A stretch of 61,396 nt of DNA, the filler included. It is 3 parts of 3 records of this genome, joined end to end, with 100 filler letters (N's around TTAATTAATTAA, not from the genome) between each part and the next. Parts side by side here need not be neighbours in the genome. Positions count along the whole stretch, not along the records: positions 1 to 25,740 come from SRR20825019_3129; 2 more parts are not named here. One strand, written 5' to 3'. Shown piece by piece: positions 1 to 12,734 of the stretch (position 1 is its first letter; each line of letters opens with the position of its first letter). The position numbers and the translations under genes are program-made. The notes under the pieces are model-generated. The model searched no databases, had not been told where the DNA came from, and saw only the letters and a list, made by a program, of their open reading frames with translations.

Positions 1-1
1 T

Positions 2-673
2 TCCATCGACTATGCGGTGATGGAAAAGACTCACGATGCGGTGGTGGTGCCCCTGGATGCCGGGTGGTCGGATGTGGGCTCCTGGTCCGCGCTTTGGGAT
101 ATCCAGCCCCACGATGAGAACAACAACGTGTGCCGGGGAGATGTGATTACCGAAGACGTTTCCGGCTCCTACATTCACTCAGAGGGCCGTCTGATTGCGG
201 CGCTGGGTATTACGGATCACGTCATCGTTGAAACGGATGATGTGGTATTGGTGGCCGATCGTGGTCGGGTTCAGGATGTGAAGAAGCTGGTTGCCCAGGT
301 CAAGGCTCAGGGCCGCCATGAACACCGCTTCCATAAGAAGGTCCACCGCCCCTGGGGTACCTATGAAGGTATCGCCATGGGGGAACGTTTCCAGGTCAAG
401 CGCATTACGGTTAAGCCGGGCGCGTCGCTGTCACTGCAGAAACATCATCATCGTGCCGAGCACTGGGTGGTGGTGAAGGGAACGGCCACGGTCAACCGCG
501 GCGACGATGTGTTGTTGCTGACCGAGGACCAGTCCACCTACATTCCGTTGGGTGTGACCCATCGGCTGACCAACCCTGGCGTTATTCCCCTGGAACTGAT
601 TGAAGTGCAGACGGGTAGCTACCTGGGTGAAGACGACATTGTGCGTTTCGAGGACACCTACAACCGGGTCTGA
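2..673 (+). CDS. manC: Mannose-1-phosphate guanylyltransferase / mannose-6-phosphate isomerase, C-terminal part (5'-truncated by window edge)
   Basis: Frame is open from base 2 ([10 protein letters not shown]). Contains GWSDVGSW and a cupin tail ([30 protein letters not shown]) typical of ManC/CpsB/AlgA. Confidence 0.93.
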   Translation, partial: SIDYAVMEKTHDAVVVPLDAGWSDVGSWSALWDIQPHDENNNVCRGDVITEDVSGSYIHSEGRLIAALGITDHVIVETDDVVLVADRGRVQDVKKLVAQVKAQGRHEHRFHKKVHRPWGTYEGIAMGERFQVKRITVKPGASLSLQKHHHRAEHWVVVKGTATVNRGDDVLLLTEDQSTYIPLGVTHRLTNPGVIPLELIEVQTGSYLGEDDIVRFEDTYNRV

Positions 674-726
674 TCGATCTACATGAAACGGCATCAGGAT
701 GATGCCCGACACACAAGGAGAAGTGA

Positions 727-2133
727 ATGGAAGACTGGCAAGGATGCCTGAGCCCCCTCTGTCAAACCGCACTGCAACGGGCGCGTGACAGCGTTGCCCA
801 GCGAGGCGGTTATGCCATCACCGTTGAGGATTTCCTGTTGGCGCTGCTGGATGGTGAACCTGCCATCTGCGGATTCCTGCGCAGCCGCGGTGTTGATCTT
901 GACGAACTGACCCGCACCATCCAATGTGAGCAACCCATCGTGACCGAAGTGGGCGGAGAGGGCCAGTTGTCCTCACAGCTCATGTACTGGTTTTCTTCCG
1001 CCCGCGAACTGAGCAATGCCCCCTGGCTGGACTGGCCCATCCTGTTGTCGGTGCTGACTCGTAACGCCGAACGCCTGCAGGAGAAAGCCTACGTTGCGGT
1101 GTTGGAACTGGTTGACCGGTGGCCCGCTGCGGACGAACAGCAGCAAGTCGCCGAAACCTCCGACAAAGGCGATACGCCCGTTGTGATTACAGACCTGGAA
1201 TGGCTGGAGCTGGCGGAAGATGTATCGATTACCCTGGTCTCGGTTCCAAGAGCACTGGTGTGGGTGAGAGGGGCGAGGGGTACCGGTAAAACCAGTTGGC
1301 TACAGGCACTATTGCCGTTCCTGTATTGTGGTTTTATAAGGTTGGACCTTCGCAATGAGGCGGAAATCATGGCCAGTGAGAATCCCGCCATCCCGTCCAA
1401 AGGCATCGACTGCAAGGATTATCCCGCGCTGGTTCTGGATAACGTTTCTCCGGCGGACCTGGCTGCAATGATGGCGCCCGAGCTCAGCGTGGCCCGCAGT
1501 CTGGTTACCGGATATCCGGGCCCCGTGGTCATGCTGGGGCCAGACTCACCGGAAGCAGAGGCTGCCGTTGGGCAATTGGAGCGTTGCCTGGGGCGGGACT
1601 TCGATATCTTTGACATGCCCGGCACGAGTACCGGCCAGAAGGTTGCCATCCTGACGGCTCATCAGCCAGCGATTGAAAAGCGCTGGAACATAGAATTATC
1701 CCAAACGCTGATCCGTTATGCCGCTTCAAGCCGGAGTCGGCTGGTCGGGTCTCCTGGCGGTATGATCCAGTGGGTGGAGCGCGCAGCCGCCCGGTTGAAC
1801 CTGTTTGCCGAGCGAGGCCCTATTGAGGGTATGGCGCTCGCTGGTAGAACCGATACGCTGCGGCGACAGTCACTGGTGGCAATGGCCAGGCAACAACCGA
1901 CAGAGGCACTGGAGCGATCCCTTGAAAGCCTGGCCGTTGAGCGTGCGGCGGCGGAGGTGGCGTGGCACGAGCGAAAAGCAGAGGGCACGCTCAGGACCCT
2001 GAAAACGGATGACCTTCGCCATGAACTCGAACGCTGGGTTGCAGCTCGCCCCGGGCCGGTTCACTATGTGGTCCATTGTGATCAACCGGCAGGAGAAACA
2101 GAAGGTGCGGGATCTCGAAATCTACATTCGTGA
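727..2133 (+). CDS. Clp N-domain protein with one degenerate AAA+ module (truncated ClpV/ClpB-like)
   Basis: N-terminus resembles Clp_N (ALQRARDSVAQRGGYAITVEDFLLALL...GVDLDEL). Walker A is GARGTGKTS, Walker B-like is LVLDN, followed by a coiled-coil tail. 468 aa with no second AAA domain. AAGGAG RBS upstream. Confidence 0.7.
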   Translation: MEDWQGCLSPLCQTALQRARDSVAQRGGYAITVEDFLLALLDGEPAICGFLRSRGVDLDELTRTIQCEQPIVTEVGGEGQLSSQLMYWFSSARELSNAPWLDWPILLSVLTRNAERLQEKAYVAVLELVDRWPAADEQQQVAETSDKGDTPVVITDLEWLELAEDVSITLVSVPRALVWVRGARGTGKTSWLQALLPFLYCGFIRLDLRNEAEIMASENPAIPSKGIDCKDYPALVLDNVSPADLAAMMAPELSVARSLVTGYPGPVVMLGPDSPEAEAAVGQLERCLGRDFDIFDMPGTSTGQKVAILTAHQPAIEKRWNIELSQTLIRYAASSRSRLVGSPGGMIQWVERAAARLNLFAERGPIEGMALAGRTDTLRRQSLVAMARQQPTEALERSLESLAVERAAAEVAWHERKAEGTLRTLKTDDLRHELERWVAARPGPVHYVVHCDQPAGETEGAGSRNLHS

Positions 2134-2482
2134 CCTGGAGTCGTCAGCGGTATCGAGCTGGCTTGCCAGTCATCTGGACGACATTGAGCTCAGGGATGAC
2201 GCGCTGGGTGACAGGGCGGTGAAAGGATCAGCTCATTATCGGGCGCATAGAGTCCGCATTAATCTGTACCCCGGTGCAGGTGGCAAGCGATACACCTCTG
2301 TGATCCTGGAGGGTGAGGATCTGCCCTGGGTGTCCGACCTTGATTGCGCCCGGAGTGCCTGGCGCGCCATGGATACCGAGATTCGCTGCAGCCCCGGTGA
2401 CTGGAAAGAAGGGGAGCCCGTGGAGGATGAGAAATGGTGGCGGCTGGATCAGCGCGGAGAGCAACTGGCGGTCTGGAACTGA
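2105..2482 (+). CDS. Hypothetical protein (~125 aa), overlaps end of Clp-like gene
   Basis: Probable GTG start at 2105 (MRDLEIYIRDL) after AGGAG/GAAG, in frame with ORF 2009..2482. Followed by a terminator. Confidence 0.7.
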   Translation: MRDLEIYIRDLESSAVSSWLASHLDDIELRDDALGDRAVKGSAHYRAHRVRINLYPGAGGKRYTSVILEGEDLPWVSDLDCARSAWRAMDTEIRCSPGDWKEGEPVEDEKWWRLDQRGEQLAVWN

Positions 2483-2497
2483 GTTATTCACAGCAAT

Positions 2498-2533
2498 AAA
2501 AAAGGGGGCAGCCGGTTGGCTGCCCCCTTTTTT
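2498..2533. terminator. Bidirectional intrinsic terminator
   Basis: AAAAAAGGGGGCAGCC-GGTT-GGCTGCCCCCTTTTTT is a perfect inverted repeat between convergent genes. Confidence 0.92.
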
Positions 2534-2553
2534 GTGATGCACGTTCTCGTGGA

Positions 2554-3153
2554 TCAGTCGCTCAGGATGGACACGTTGTCCGCCTGAAGGCCCTTGTCCG
2601 CTTCGACAACGCTGAACCGGACCAGTTGGCCCTGGCGCAATACCCGGCGGCCACGGCCACGAATGGCGCGGAAGTGTACAAAGACTTCATCGCCGCTATC
2701 GCGAACGATAAACCCGAAGCCTTTCTTGACGTTGAACCACTTGACGGTGCCTTCCTCATTGCCTTCAGGGGTGCTGTCGTCGTAGTCATCGTCGTCCTCG
2801 TAATCCGGTTGGGATTGCTGCTTGCGCGGGGCCGGCTGGCGAGGTGCCGTGCTGGCGCGAGGCGCTTGCTGCTTCACGGCTGAGGGTTTCTTGGCTGCCA
2901 GAGCGACGGTAACGAAGCCTGCCAGGCCGAAAAGGACAACCGCAATAATATAGGCTGCGATGCCCTGGGCGCTGCCCAATACAAACGTGGTACTGGTTGC
3001 TTCCTCGCTAGTGCCGGCCTGAGACAGAATCTGGAAGAGTTCCGGGGTGAAAGTCACCAACAGAAAGCCGAGGATAAAAGGTGACGGAATCGCGACCAGG
3101 AGAGCAAGGACGATCGCTTTTGCTGGGTTTTGCATGGACTGAAGTTTCTCCAT
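2554..3153 (-). CDS. Cold-shock-domain protein with two N-terminal transmembrane segments
   Basis: C-terminal CSD ([15 protein letters not shown]...VFVHFRAI) preceded by two hydrophobic helices and a Pro/Gln/Asp-rich linker. Confidence 0.88.
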   Translation of the reverse strand: MEKLQSMQNPAKAIVLALLVAIPSPFILGFLLVTFTPELFQILSQAGTSEEATSTTFVLGSAQGIAAYIIAVVLFGLAGFVTVALAAKKPSAVKQQAPRASTAPRQPAPRKQQSQPDYEDDDDYDDSTPEGNEEGTVKWFNVKKGFGFIVRDSGDEVFVHFRAIRGRGRRVLRQGQLVRFSVVEADKGLQADNVSILSD

Positions 3154-3379
3154 TCATCTAACGCTAACGATAAAGAGCCGGATATCGGGTAAAATCGGGT
3201 CTCCGGCGGTGAAAACCGCTGGGGCCAGCAGGACATAAACGGGTCTTGCAGGTTCCCCGGCGGGCAAAAGCGGGATGATACCAGATAACGGGGAGCGCTG
3301 ACCAAGCGGCGTGTCCGCCGACACCAAATTGATCACACAATACCTTGATGGGAATCCTTCCCGGAGAACCAAAAACCTT

Positions 3380-3598
3380 ATGAGCGACAAAGATCTGCAA
3401 GCCCGGCTGGACGAACTGGAAACGCGTCTGGCATTCCAGGACGACATCATTCATACCCTGAGCGAGCAGGTGGCCCGTCAGGAACTGGATATCCGGGAAC
3501 TCTGGGAGGCGAAGAAGCAGCTGAACACTCAGCTCAAGGAAGTGTCGTCATCGAACATCAGAAAGGAGGAGGACGAAACGCCTCCTCCCCACTACTGA
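3380..3598 (+). CDS. slyX: SlyX family protein
   Basis: RLDELETRLAFQDDII...C-terminal ETPPPHY signature. ATG at 3380. Confidence 0.9.
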   Translation: MSDKDLQARLDELETRLAFQDDIIHTLSEQVARQELDIRELWEAKKQLNTQLKEVSSSNIRKEEDETPPPHY

Positions 3599-5762
<2,164 letters not shown>

Positions 5763-5779
5763 TGATGTGCTCCTGGTTC

Positions 5780-6124
5780 TCAGTGTTTGAATCGTTCGGC
5801 CCACTCATCGGCACTAAAGCCGACGCTGACCGTGTCGCCGTGCTCAACCACGGGCCGCTTGATGATGGACGGATTGTCGAGCATCAGGTCGTGGGCGGAT
5901 TGGGCGCTAATATTATCACGAACCTCGTCCGGAAGTTTGCGCCACGTGGTGCCGCGACGGTTCAGTAACACCTCCCAGCCGGCCGCCTGCTCCCATTGGC
6001 TGAGCCGGGCAGTGTCCAGTCCGTCCTTCTTGAAGTCGTGGAATTCGTAGTCGATGCCGGCGTCGTCCAGCCATTTCCGGGCTTTCTTGACGGTGTCGCA
6101 ATTTCGGATGCCGTAGAGTTTCAT
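5780..6124 (-). CDS. yffB: ArsC/Spx/YffB family protein
   Basis: LYGIRNCDTVKKARKWL, LLNRRGTTWR, IIKRPV. ATGA overlap with the dapC stop. Confidence 0.88.
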   Translation of the reverse strand: MKLYGIRNCDTVKKARKWLDDAGIDYEFHDFKKDGLDTARLSQWEQAAGWEVLLNRRGTTWRKLPDEVRDNISAQSAHDLMLDNPSIIKRPVVEHGDTVSVGFSADEWAERFKH

Positions 6125-7323
6125 GTCCTGTTTGCCTTTACAAAAGTCACAATGCGTTTGGCCGCTTCCACGCATTCTTCAACTGGCGCCACCAGGGCCA
6201 TTCTTACCCGGTTTTCGCCAGGATTATGGCCATCGACAGTGCGAGAGAGGTAACGCCCGGGGAGCACGTGCACATTCTGCTGGGCCGACAGTTCCCGCGC
6301 GAACGTTTCGTCGTCCATTGGGGTTTCCGGCCAGAGGTAGAACCCGGCATCGGGAAAGTCCACGTTCATCACTTCCCGCAGGATGGGTACCACCGCCTCA
6401 AACTTGGCGCGGTAGGCCGCCCGGTTCTCCCGCACGTGGTCTTCATCGCTCCAGGCGGCAATGCTCGCCAGCTGGTTGTGTATGGGCATGGCGCAGCCAT
6501 GGTAGGTGCGGTATTTGAGATAGCCTTTGAGGATATCGGCATCGCCGGCCACGAAACCGGACCGCAGGCCCGGCAAGTTGCTCCGCTTCGACAGGCTGTG
6601 GAACACGACGCAGCGGGCGAAATCGTTGCGGCCAATAGCGGCACAGGTTTGCAGTAATCCTTCCGGCGGCTGACGTTCGTCCGGGTAGAGCTCGGAATAG
6701 CATTCATCGGACGCGACGATGAAGTCATGCTCGTCCGCCAGTTCGATGACCCGCGCCAATGTCTCCCGGGGAATCACCGAACCGCTGGGGTTGCCCGGTG
6801 AGCACAGGAACAGTACCTGGCAGTCTTTCCATACGGATTTCGGAACCTTGTCAAAGTCCGGTATAAAATGGCTGTCTGCGTCGCAGGCAAGGTAATGGGG
6901 CGTTGCGCCGGCGAGGAACGCAGCGCCTTCGTAGACCTGGTAAAACGGGTTGGGGCTGACCACGGTGGCGCTCTGGCTGGATTCCACCACCGATTGCACC
7001 AGCGAGAAGATGCCTTCGCGAGTGCCATTCACCGGAACGATATGGTGCTCAGGCGTCAGTGATCCGAGTGTCAGTTCAAAGCGGCGGGTGGCCCAGCGCG
7101 CGATGGCCTGACGCAGTTCGTCGGTGCCTTTCGTTGTAGGGTAATTGGCGAGTTTGTCCAGATTATCCGAGATCACCTGTTTGACGAATTCCGGAGACGG
7201 ATGCTTGGGCTCACCAATGCCCAGGGAAATCGACGTCAGGTCCTTGGGAACGCTGATGCCGGACTTGAGTTTGGTCAATTTCTCGAACGGGTAGGGGTGT
7301 AGCCTGTCCAGGTCGGGGTTCAT
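6121..7323 (-). CDS. dapC: Succinyldiaminopimelate transaminase
   Basis: LHPYPFEKL, ASDECYSE, PLP-lysine motif SLSKRSNLPGLRSG. Lies between glnD and dapD. Confidence 0.93.
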   Translation of the reverse strand: MNPDLDRLHPYPFEKLTKLKSGISVPKDLTSISLGIGEPKHPSPEFVKQVISDNLDKLANYPTTKGTDELRQAIARWATRRFELTLGSLTPEHHIVPVNGTREGIFSLVQSVVESSQSATVVSPNPFYQVYEGAAFLAGATPHYLACDADSHFIPDFDKVPKSVWKDCQVLFLCSPGNPSGSVIPRETLARVIELADEHDFIVASDECYSELYPDERQPPEGLLQTCAAIGRNDFARCVVFHSLSKRSNLPGLRSGFVAGDADILKGYLKYRTYHGCAMPIHNQLASIAAWSDEDHVRENRAAYRAKFEAVVPILREVMNVDFPDAGFYLWPETPMDDETFARELSAQQNVHVLPGRYLSRTVDGHNPGENRVRMALVAPVEECVEAAKRIVTFVKANRT

Positions 7324-9965
7324 TGGGTGTCATCCAGCATTTGGCAAAGATCCTGCTGCAGGGCCTGGCAGACTGCGGGGTCGCTGATCTGCTCGCCGTG
7401 CTCGTCGGTTACAAAGAATACGTCTTCCACCCGTTCACCCAGCGTCGCAATCTTGGCGTTGGTTAGCCGCACGCGATGCTCCAACAATACCTGTCCAACG
7501 CGGGCCAGCAACCCCGGGCGGTCCGGTGTGATCACTTCCATCACCGTGCGCTGGTTGATGGTGTCATTGGAGAAGGTCACTTCCGTGGGGAAGGCAAAGT
7601 GCTTCAGCTGTCTGGGAGTGCGGCGGTGGATGATGTCAGGGTAATCTTCCGGGTCATCCAGTTCCTCAATCAGGCGCATGCGAACCCGATCCTTGCGGGC
7701 CGGGTCAATGCCCAGGGGTTTGCCTTTCTCGTCCAGAACAATGTAGGAACTGATGGAGAAGGGGCCTTCGCTTGAGCTGATGCGAGCATCGACGATGTTG
7801 AGGTTAAGTTGTTCCAGCACCGCCGTGGTGGCCGCGAACAGGTCAATACGGTCACTCATATAAATGATGATCTGGGAGTAGCCGTCAGTAGGGCCGCCCC
7901 GGGTGTCACGAATCAGCACCAGCGGGTCGGGATCATCGCCATGGCGGATGATGGCAGCGGTCTGCCAGGCAATGTCTACCGTGGAATCCTGCAGGAAGTA
8001 GTCTTCGTCCAGAGTTTCCCAGATTCTGTCGATCTGTTCGTCCGTCATATTCTGGGCGTGGAGAATCTCCCGTGCCTCGGACTGAGTGGCGCGCACCCAT
8101 TCCTGACGGTCTACCGGCGTTTCCGAGCCGCGTCTGAGTGCCCGCTTGGTCTCGATGTAAAGCTGACGCAACAGCGAGGCGCGCCAGGTGTTCCAAAGCT
8201 TTGGGTTGGTGGCGCTGATATCGCACACCGTCAGCACGTAAAGGTAGTCCAGGTGCACCTGGCTGGGCACGGCGCGGGCAAAGCCGTGAATGATGTCCGG
8301 GTCGGAGATGTCCTTGCGCTGGGCGGTCATCGACATCAGCAAATGATTTTCCACCAGCCAGGAGGCCAGTTGGGTGTCCCGCTCGCTGAGGTGATGGCGT
8401 TCGCAGAAGCTCTCGACATCAATTGCGCCCAGCTCTGAGTGATCGCCACCCCGGCCTTTGGCCACATCATGATAGAGGCCCGCAATATACAGGGTTTCGA
8501 GTTTTGGTAGCCTGTGAATCAGTCGGGATGCCAACGGGTATTCATTGCGGGCGTCGGCGCTGTCCAGCCGCACCATGTTGCGGATCACCCGCATGGTGTG
8601 GGCGTCCACGGTGTAGATGTGGAACAGGTCGTGCTGCATCTGGCCGATGATCTGGCCAAATTCGGGGAGGTAGCGGCCCAGCACGTTGTATTTCTTCATA
8701 GCCGACAGGGTCTGGTCGAGGGCGTGGGGCGTCCGCAGCAGTTCCATGAACAGGGATGTAACGGCCAGATCCGAGCGGAAAGCGTCGTCAATCAGGTGGC
8801 GGTGCGCCCGCAGTGAGCGGATGGTGGTGGCGCGGATGCCCTTGATCTCCGGATGCTGCGCCATCAGAACGAATATTTCCATGATGGCATAGGGCGCGTA
8901 GGCGAAGACCTGATTGTTGACGGCTTCAATGTAGTAGTTGCGAATCTGGAAGCGCTTGTTCAGGGGCAGGATGTCGTCGTCACTTCCGGCGCCGAGGATG
9001 GCCTCGTCGTAGTACTGAAGAATAACGTCGGTCAGCTCCGCCAGGGCCAGCACGGTGCGGTAGTAGGACTGCATCATCAACTCGACGCCCAGCCGCTTGC
9101 CCTCATCCTTGTAACCCAACATCTGGGCGAGTGCCCGTTGATGGTCAAACAGGAGGCGATTCTCGTTGCGGTCGGCAATCAGCTGCAGGCCGAAGCGAAG
9201 TCGCCACAGGAAGGTTTCGCCCTGCAATAGTATCCGGTGCTCTTCTTCGGTCAGGATGCTGAAGCGTGTCAGATCCGCGATATTCTGCAGGCCGAAGTGT
9301 CGCTTGGTAATCCAGCCGATGGTCTGTATATCCCGCAGCGCGCCTGGAGAGCCTTTTACATTGGGCTCAAGGTTGTACTCCGTGTCCCCGTATTTCGCGT
9401 GGCGCTGCTTTTGCTCTTCCCGTTTGGCGATGAAGTAATCGCGGTCAGAGCTGATGGCGTCTGAATAAACCTGATGACTGAGTTCGTCGCGTAAGTCATC
9501 CGGGCCGGCGATGGTGCGGGTTTCCAACAGGTTGGTGAGAATCGTGACGTCTTCTCTGGCGGCATCCATGCTTTCCTGAATGCTGCGGACGCTGTGGCCG
9601 ATATCCAGCTTCAGGTCCCACAGGAGTGTTATGAAGGCGCCAAGGTCTTCCTGCCAGTTCTCTTCTATACCGCTCCGGGTGAGGATCAACAGATCAATAT
9701 CGGAGTGAGGGTGAAGCTCTCCCCGGCCATAGCCGCCGACTGCAACGAGAGAGATATCGGCAGAGGCGGCAAAGGCGTAGCGGTTCCAGATCAGGGCAAG
9801 AACGGTATCCAGGGTTCCGGACCGGGAATGGACCAGTGCGCGAACATCAGCTCCCTGCCGGAACGCTTCTGCGTCTGCGTTGTAGCGTTCCTTCAACAGC
9901 TCCCGGGCTGCTACAACAGGTGAGATGTCGTTGCTTATCCTGGATTCCAGTTCGCTGAGGTCCAC
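7320..9965 (-). CDS. glnD: PII uridylyltransferase / uridylyl-removing enzyme
   Basis: AVGGYGRGELHPHSDIDL nucleotidyltransferase motif, HD domain (HIYTVDAHT, YHDVAKGRGGDHS) and two ACT domains. Confidence 0.97.
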   Translation of the reverse strand: MDLSELESRISNDISPVVAARELLKERYNADAEAFRQGADVRALVHSRSGTLDTVLALIWNRYAFAASADISLVAVGGYGRGELHPHSDIDLLILTRSGIEENWQEDLGAFITLLWDLKLDIGHSVRSIQESMDAAREDVTILTNLLETRTIAGPDDLRDELSHQVYSDAISSDRDYFIAKREEQKQRHAKYGDTEYNLEPNVKGSPGALRDIQTIGWITKRHFGLQNIADLTRFSILTEEEHRILLQGETFLWRLRFGLQLIADRNENRLLFDHQRALAQMLGYKDEGKRLGVELMMQSYYRTVLALAELTDVILQYYDEAILGAGSDDDILPLNKRFQIRNYYIEAVNNQVFAYAPYAIMEIFVLMAQHPEIKGIRATTIRSLRAHRHLIDDAFRSDLAVTSLFMELLRTPHALDQTLSAMKKYNVLGRYLPEFGQIIGQMQHDLFHIYTVDAHTMRVIRNMVRLDSADARNEYPLASRLIHRLPKLETLYIAGLYHDVAKGRGGDHSELGAIDVESFCERHHLSERDTQLASWLVENHLLMSMTAQRKDISDPDIIHGFARAVPSQVHLDYLYVLTVCDISATNPKLWNTWRASLLRQLYIETKRALRRGSETPVDRQEWVRATQSEAREILHAQNMTDEQIDRIWETLDEDYFLQDSTVDIAWQTAAIIRHGDDPDPLVLIRDTRGGPTDGYSQIIIYMSDRIDLFAATTAVLEQLNLNIVDARISSSEGPFSISSYIVLDEKGKPLGIDPARKDRVRMRLIEELDDPEDYPDIIHRRTPRQLKHFAFPTEVTFSNDTINQRTVMEVITPDRPGLLARVGQVLLEHRVRLTNAKIATLGERVEDVFFVTDEHGEQISDPAVCQALQQDLCQMLDDTQ

Positions 9966-10736
9966 CTAGAATGACTCTTCCGTGCGCTTGGTCAGTACTT
10001 CGTAGCCGTCCGATGTCACCAGGATAGTGTGCTCCCATTGCGCGGAGAGCTTATGATCCTTGGTCACCACGGTCCAGCCATCCGGCAGCAGCTTGGTGTG
10101 GTACTTTCCCTGGTTAATCATCGGTTCGATGGTAAAGGTCATGCCTTCCTGCAGTTCCATCCCGGTGCCGGGCTTGCCGTAGTGCATCACCTGAGGGTCT
10201 TCGTGAAACACCTTTCCAATGCCGTGGCCGCAATAGTCCCGGACCACAGAATAGCGATGCTTCTCAGCATGCTGCTGGATCACGTGACCAATGTCGCCCA
10301 GCCGGGCGCCAGGCTTCACCAGTTCAATACCTTTATACAGACACTCCTGGGTGATCTGGATCAGGCGTTCGCTGCCGGGCTTGGGCTTGCCGACGATGAA
10401 CATCTTGCTGGTATCACCGTGCCATCCGTCTTTGATTACCGTGACGTCGATATTGACGATGTCACCGTCCTTCAGCACCTTTTTCTCGTTCGGGATGCCG
10501 TGGCAGACCACATGATTCACTGAGGTGCATACCGATTTCGGGAAACCCTTGTAGTTCAGCGGCGCCGGAATGGTCTTTTGCTCGTCCACCATATAAGCGT
10601 GGCAAATACTGTCGAGCTTCTCGGTTGTTACGCCCGGTTTGACGTGTTCGCCAATCATCTCAAGAACTTCGGCCGCCAGGCGGCCAGCGACACGCATCTT
10701 CTCGATTTCTTCCGGAGTCTTGATCGATACCTGCAT
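9966..10736 (-). CDS. map: Methionine aminopeptidase type I
   Basis: CTSVNHVVCHGIP, DVTVIKDGWHGDTS, GHGIG, FTIEPMIN, SAQWEHT. Confidence 0.97.
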   Translation of the reverse strand: MQVSIKTPEEIEKMRVAGRLAAEVLEMIGEHVKPGVTTEKLDSICHAYMVDEQKTIPAPLNYKGFPKSVCTSVNHVVCHGIPNEKKVLKDGDIVNIDVTVIKDGWHGDTSKMFIVGKPKPGSERLIQITQECLYKGIELVKPGARLGDIGHVIQQHAEKHRYSVVRDYCGHGIGKVFHEDPQVMHYGKPGTGMELQEGMTFTIEPMINQGKYHTKLLPDGWTVVTKDHKLSAQWEHTILVTSDGYEVLTKRTEESF

Positions 10737-10858
10737 TGGGGTTCCCGTTGATTTGGATCAAACACGCATTTTAAGGGGGAGTGTTGCCCGGTACAAGGAA
10801 GAGGCGGTTTTGCCGTGCTTTCCGGGACACAAATTAATGGAATCCGGCGGGCGATTTA

Positions 10859-10876
10859 TGGTATAAACGCGCCCGC
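10859..10876 (+). promoter_or_regulatory. rpsB promoter: extended -10 with GC-rich discriminator
   Basis: TGGTATAAA followed by CGCGCCCGC, matching the conserved gammaproteobacterial rpsB promoter layout. Confidence 0.75.
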
Positions 10877-10898
10877 TGGAAACAAATCCGGCAAATTC

Positions 10899-11001
10899 GC
10901 ACACACGTCGGCACGTTGTCCCAGGGTGCCTGCTCATGTTGTCTCTATATAAAGGCGACGGAGCCAGGTTGGGGCAATCGGACGTGTGGAGGACTAACCC
11001 G
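10899..11001 (+). ncRNA. t44 / S2 autoregulatory leader RNA of rpsB-tsf
   Basis: ACACAC...GGCAC...GGGTGCC...GTGTGGAGGACTAACCC immediately upstream of rpsB, matching the t44 pattern. Confidence 0.82.
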
Positions 11002-11021
11002 AAGCTAAAAAGGTAAATATC

Positions 11022-11774
11022 ATGGCTCAGGTAAATATGCGTGACCTGCTGAAAGCAGGCGCCCACTTCGGTCACCAGACTCGTTACTGGAACCCGAAAA
11101 TGTCGAAGTTCATCTTCGGCGCTCGCAACAAGATTCATATCATCAACCTTGAGCAGACTGTTCCTGCCATGAACGATGCGTTGAACTTCGTTCATAACCT
11201 CGCGGGCAACAAGAACAAGATCCTGTTCGTTGGCACCAAGCGTGCGGCGGCCAAGATCATCAAGGAAGAAGCACTGCGCTCCAGTCAGCCATACGTGAAC
11301 CATCGCTGGTTGGGCGGCATGCTGACCAACTACAAGACCATTCGCCAGTCAATCCGTCGCTATCGCGACCTGGAAGCACAGAGCCAGGACGGTACGTTCG
11401 ACAAGCTGACCAAGAAAGAAGCTCTGGATCGTACCCGCGAAATGGACCGTCTTGAGCGTTCCATCGGCGGTATCAAGGACATGGGTGGCCTGCCGGACGC
11501 CATGTTCGTGATCGATGTTGACCACGAGCGTATCGCCATCAAGGAAGCCAACAAGCTGGGCATTCCTGTGATCGGCGTTGTTGATACCAACAGCGACCCT
11601 GACGGCGTTGATTACGTGATTCCGGGCAACGACGATGCCATCCGCGCGATCCAGATTTACGTGCAGGCCGTTGCTGAAACCTGCATCGAAGCGGCCCAGT
11701 CTGCCGGTGCCGGCGCTGACGAGTTTGTAGAAGTCAGCGAAGACGCGGAAGGTGCTGCTCCCGCTGCGGAGTAA
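11022..11774 (+). CDS. rpsB: 30S ribosomal protein S2
   Basis: [34 protein letters not shown]. Confidence 0.99.
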   Translation: MAQVNMRDLLKAGAHFGHQTRYWNPKMSKFIFGARNKIHIINLEQTVPAMNDALNFVHNLAGNKNKILFVGTKRAAAKIIKEEALRSSQPYVNHRWLGGMLTNYKTIRQSIRRYRDLEAQSQDGTFDKLTKKEALDRTREMDRLERSIGGIKDMGGLPDAMFVIDVDHERIAIKEANKLGIPVIGVVDTNSDPDGVDYVIPGNDDAIRAIQIYVQAVAETCIEAAQSAGAGADEFVEVSEDAEGAAPAAE

Positions 11775-11864
11775 TAGTTCCTTCGCGAACAGGTTGTAGG
11801 GTGTGCCCGTGGTTTACCTCCGGGCACACCGGTCCAGAATTCGGAACAGTTAAGAGGAATGAAC

Positions 11865-12734
11865 ATGGCTGCAATTACTGCTGCAATGGTCAAAGAGCTT
11901 CGTGAGCGCACCGGCCTTGGCATGATGGAATGCAAAAAGGCATTGGTGGAAGCTGGCGGAAGCGTTGATGCCGCAATTGAAGAGCTGCGTAAGTCTTCCG
12001 GCCTGAAGGCTGCCAAGAAGGCGGGTCGTACCGCTGCTGAAGGTGTTTCCCTGATCAAGGTGTCTGACGACAACACTGTCGCTTACATCCTGGAAGTGAA
12101 CTCCGAGACTGATTTTGTTGCTCGTGATGACAACTTCATGAATTTCGCCAACGACGTTCTGAATGTTGCGTTTGAGAACAGCAAAACAGACGTTGCCGAA
12201 CTGATGGAAGGCGATCTGGAAGCCAAGCGTGAAGCGCTGGTTCAGAAGATCGGCGAGAACATCACCGTTCGTCGTATCGTACGGGTGGAAGGCCCGGTTG
12301 TGGGTGCTTACGTTCACAGCACCAACAAGATTGCGTCTGTTGTGGCCCTCACCGCAGGCAGCGCTGAAGTTGCTCGGGACGTTGCCATGCACGTTGCCGC
12401 TGTTAACCCGCGGGTTGGCAAGCCGGAAGACATGCCGGCCGACGAGCTTGAGAAAGAAAAAGCGGTCATCAAGGCCCAGCCTGATATGGAAGGCAAGCCT
12501 GCTGAAATCGTCGAAAAGATGATGGGTGGCCGGATCAAGAAATTCCTGGCGGAGAACAGCCTGGTCGAGCAGCCGTTCGTCAAGAATCCTGACCAAAGCG
12601 TGGGTCAGCTGATTAAGGACAACGGCGGTGAGCTGGTTAGCTTTGTTCGCCTGGAAGTCGGTGAAGGTATCGAGAAGGAAGAAGTGGATTTTGCGGCAGA
12701 GGTCGCTGCGGCGGCAGGTACCGGCAAGTCCTGA
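11865..12734 (+). CDS. tsf: Elongation factor Ts
   Basis: [29 protein letters not shown]. Confidence 0.98.
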   Translation: MAAITAAMVKELRERTGLGMMECKKALVEAGGSVDAAIEELRKSSGLKAAKKAGRTAAEGVSLIKVSDDNTVAYILEVNSETDFVARDDNFMNFANDVLNVAFENSKTDVAELMEGDLEAKREALVQKIGENITVRRIVRVEGPVVGAYVHSTNKIASVVALTAGSAEVARDVAMHVAAVNPRVGKPEDMPADELEKEKAVIKAQPDMEGKPAEIVEKMMGGRIKKFLAENSLVEQPFVKNPDQSVGQLIKDNGGELVSFVRLEVGEGIEKEEVDFAAEVAAAAGTGKS

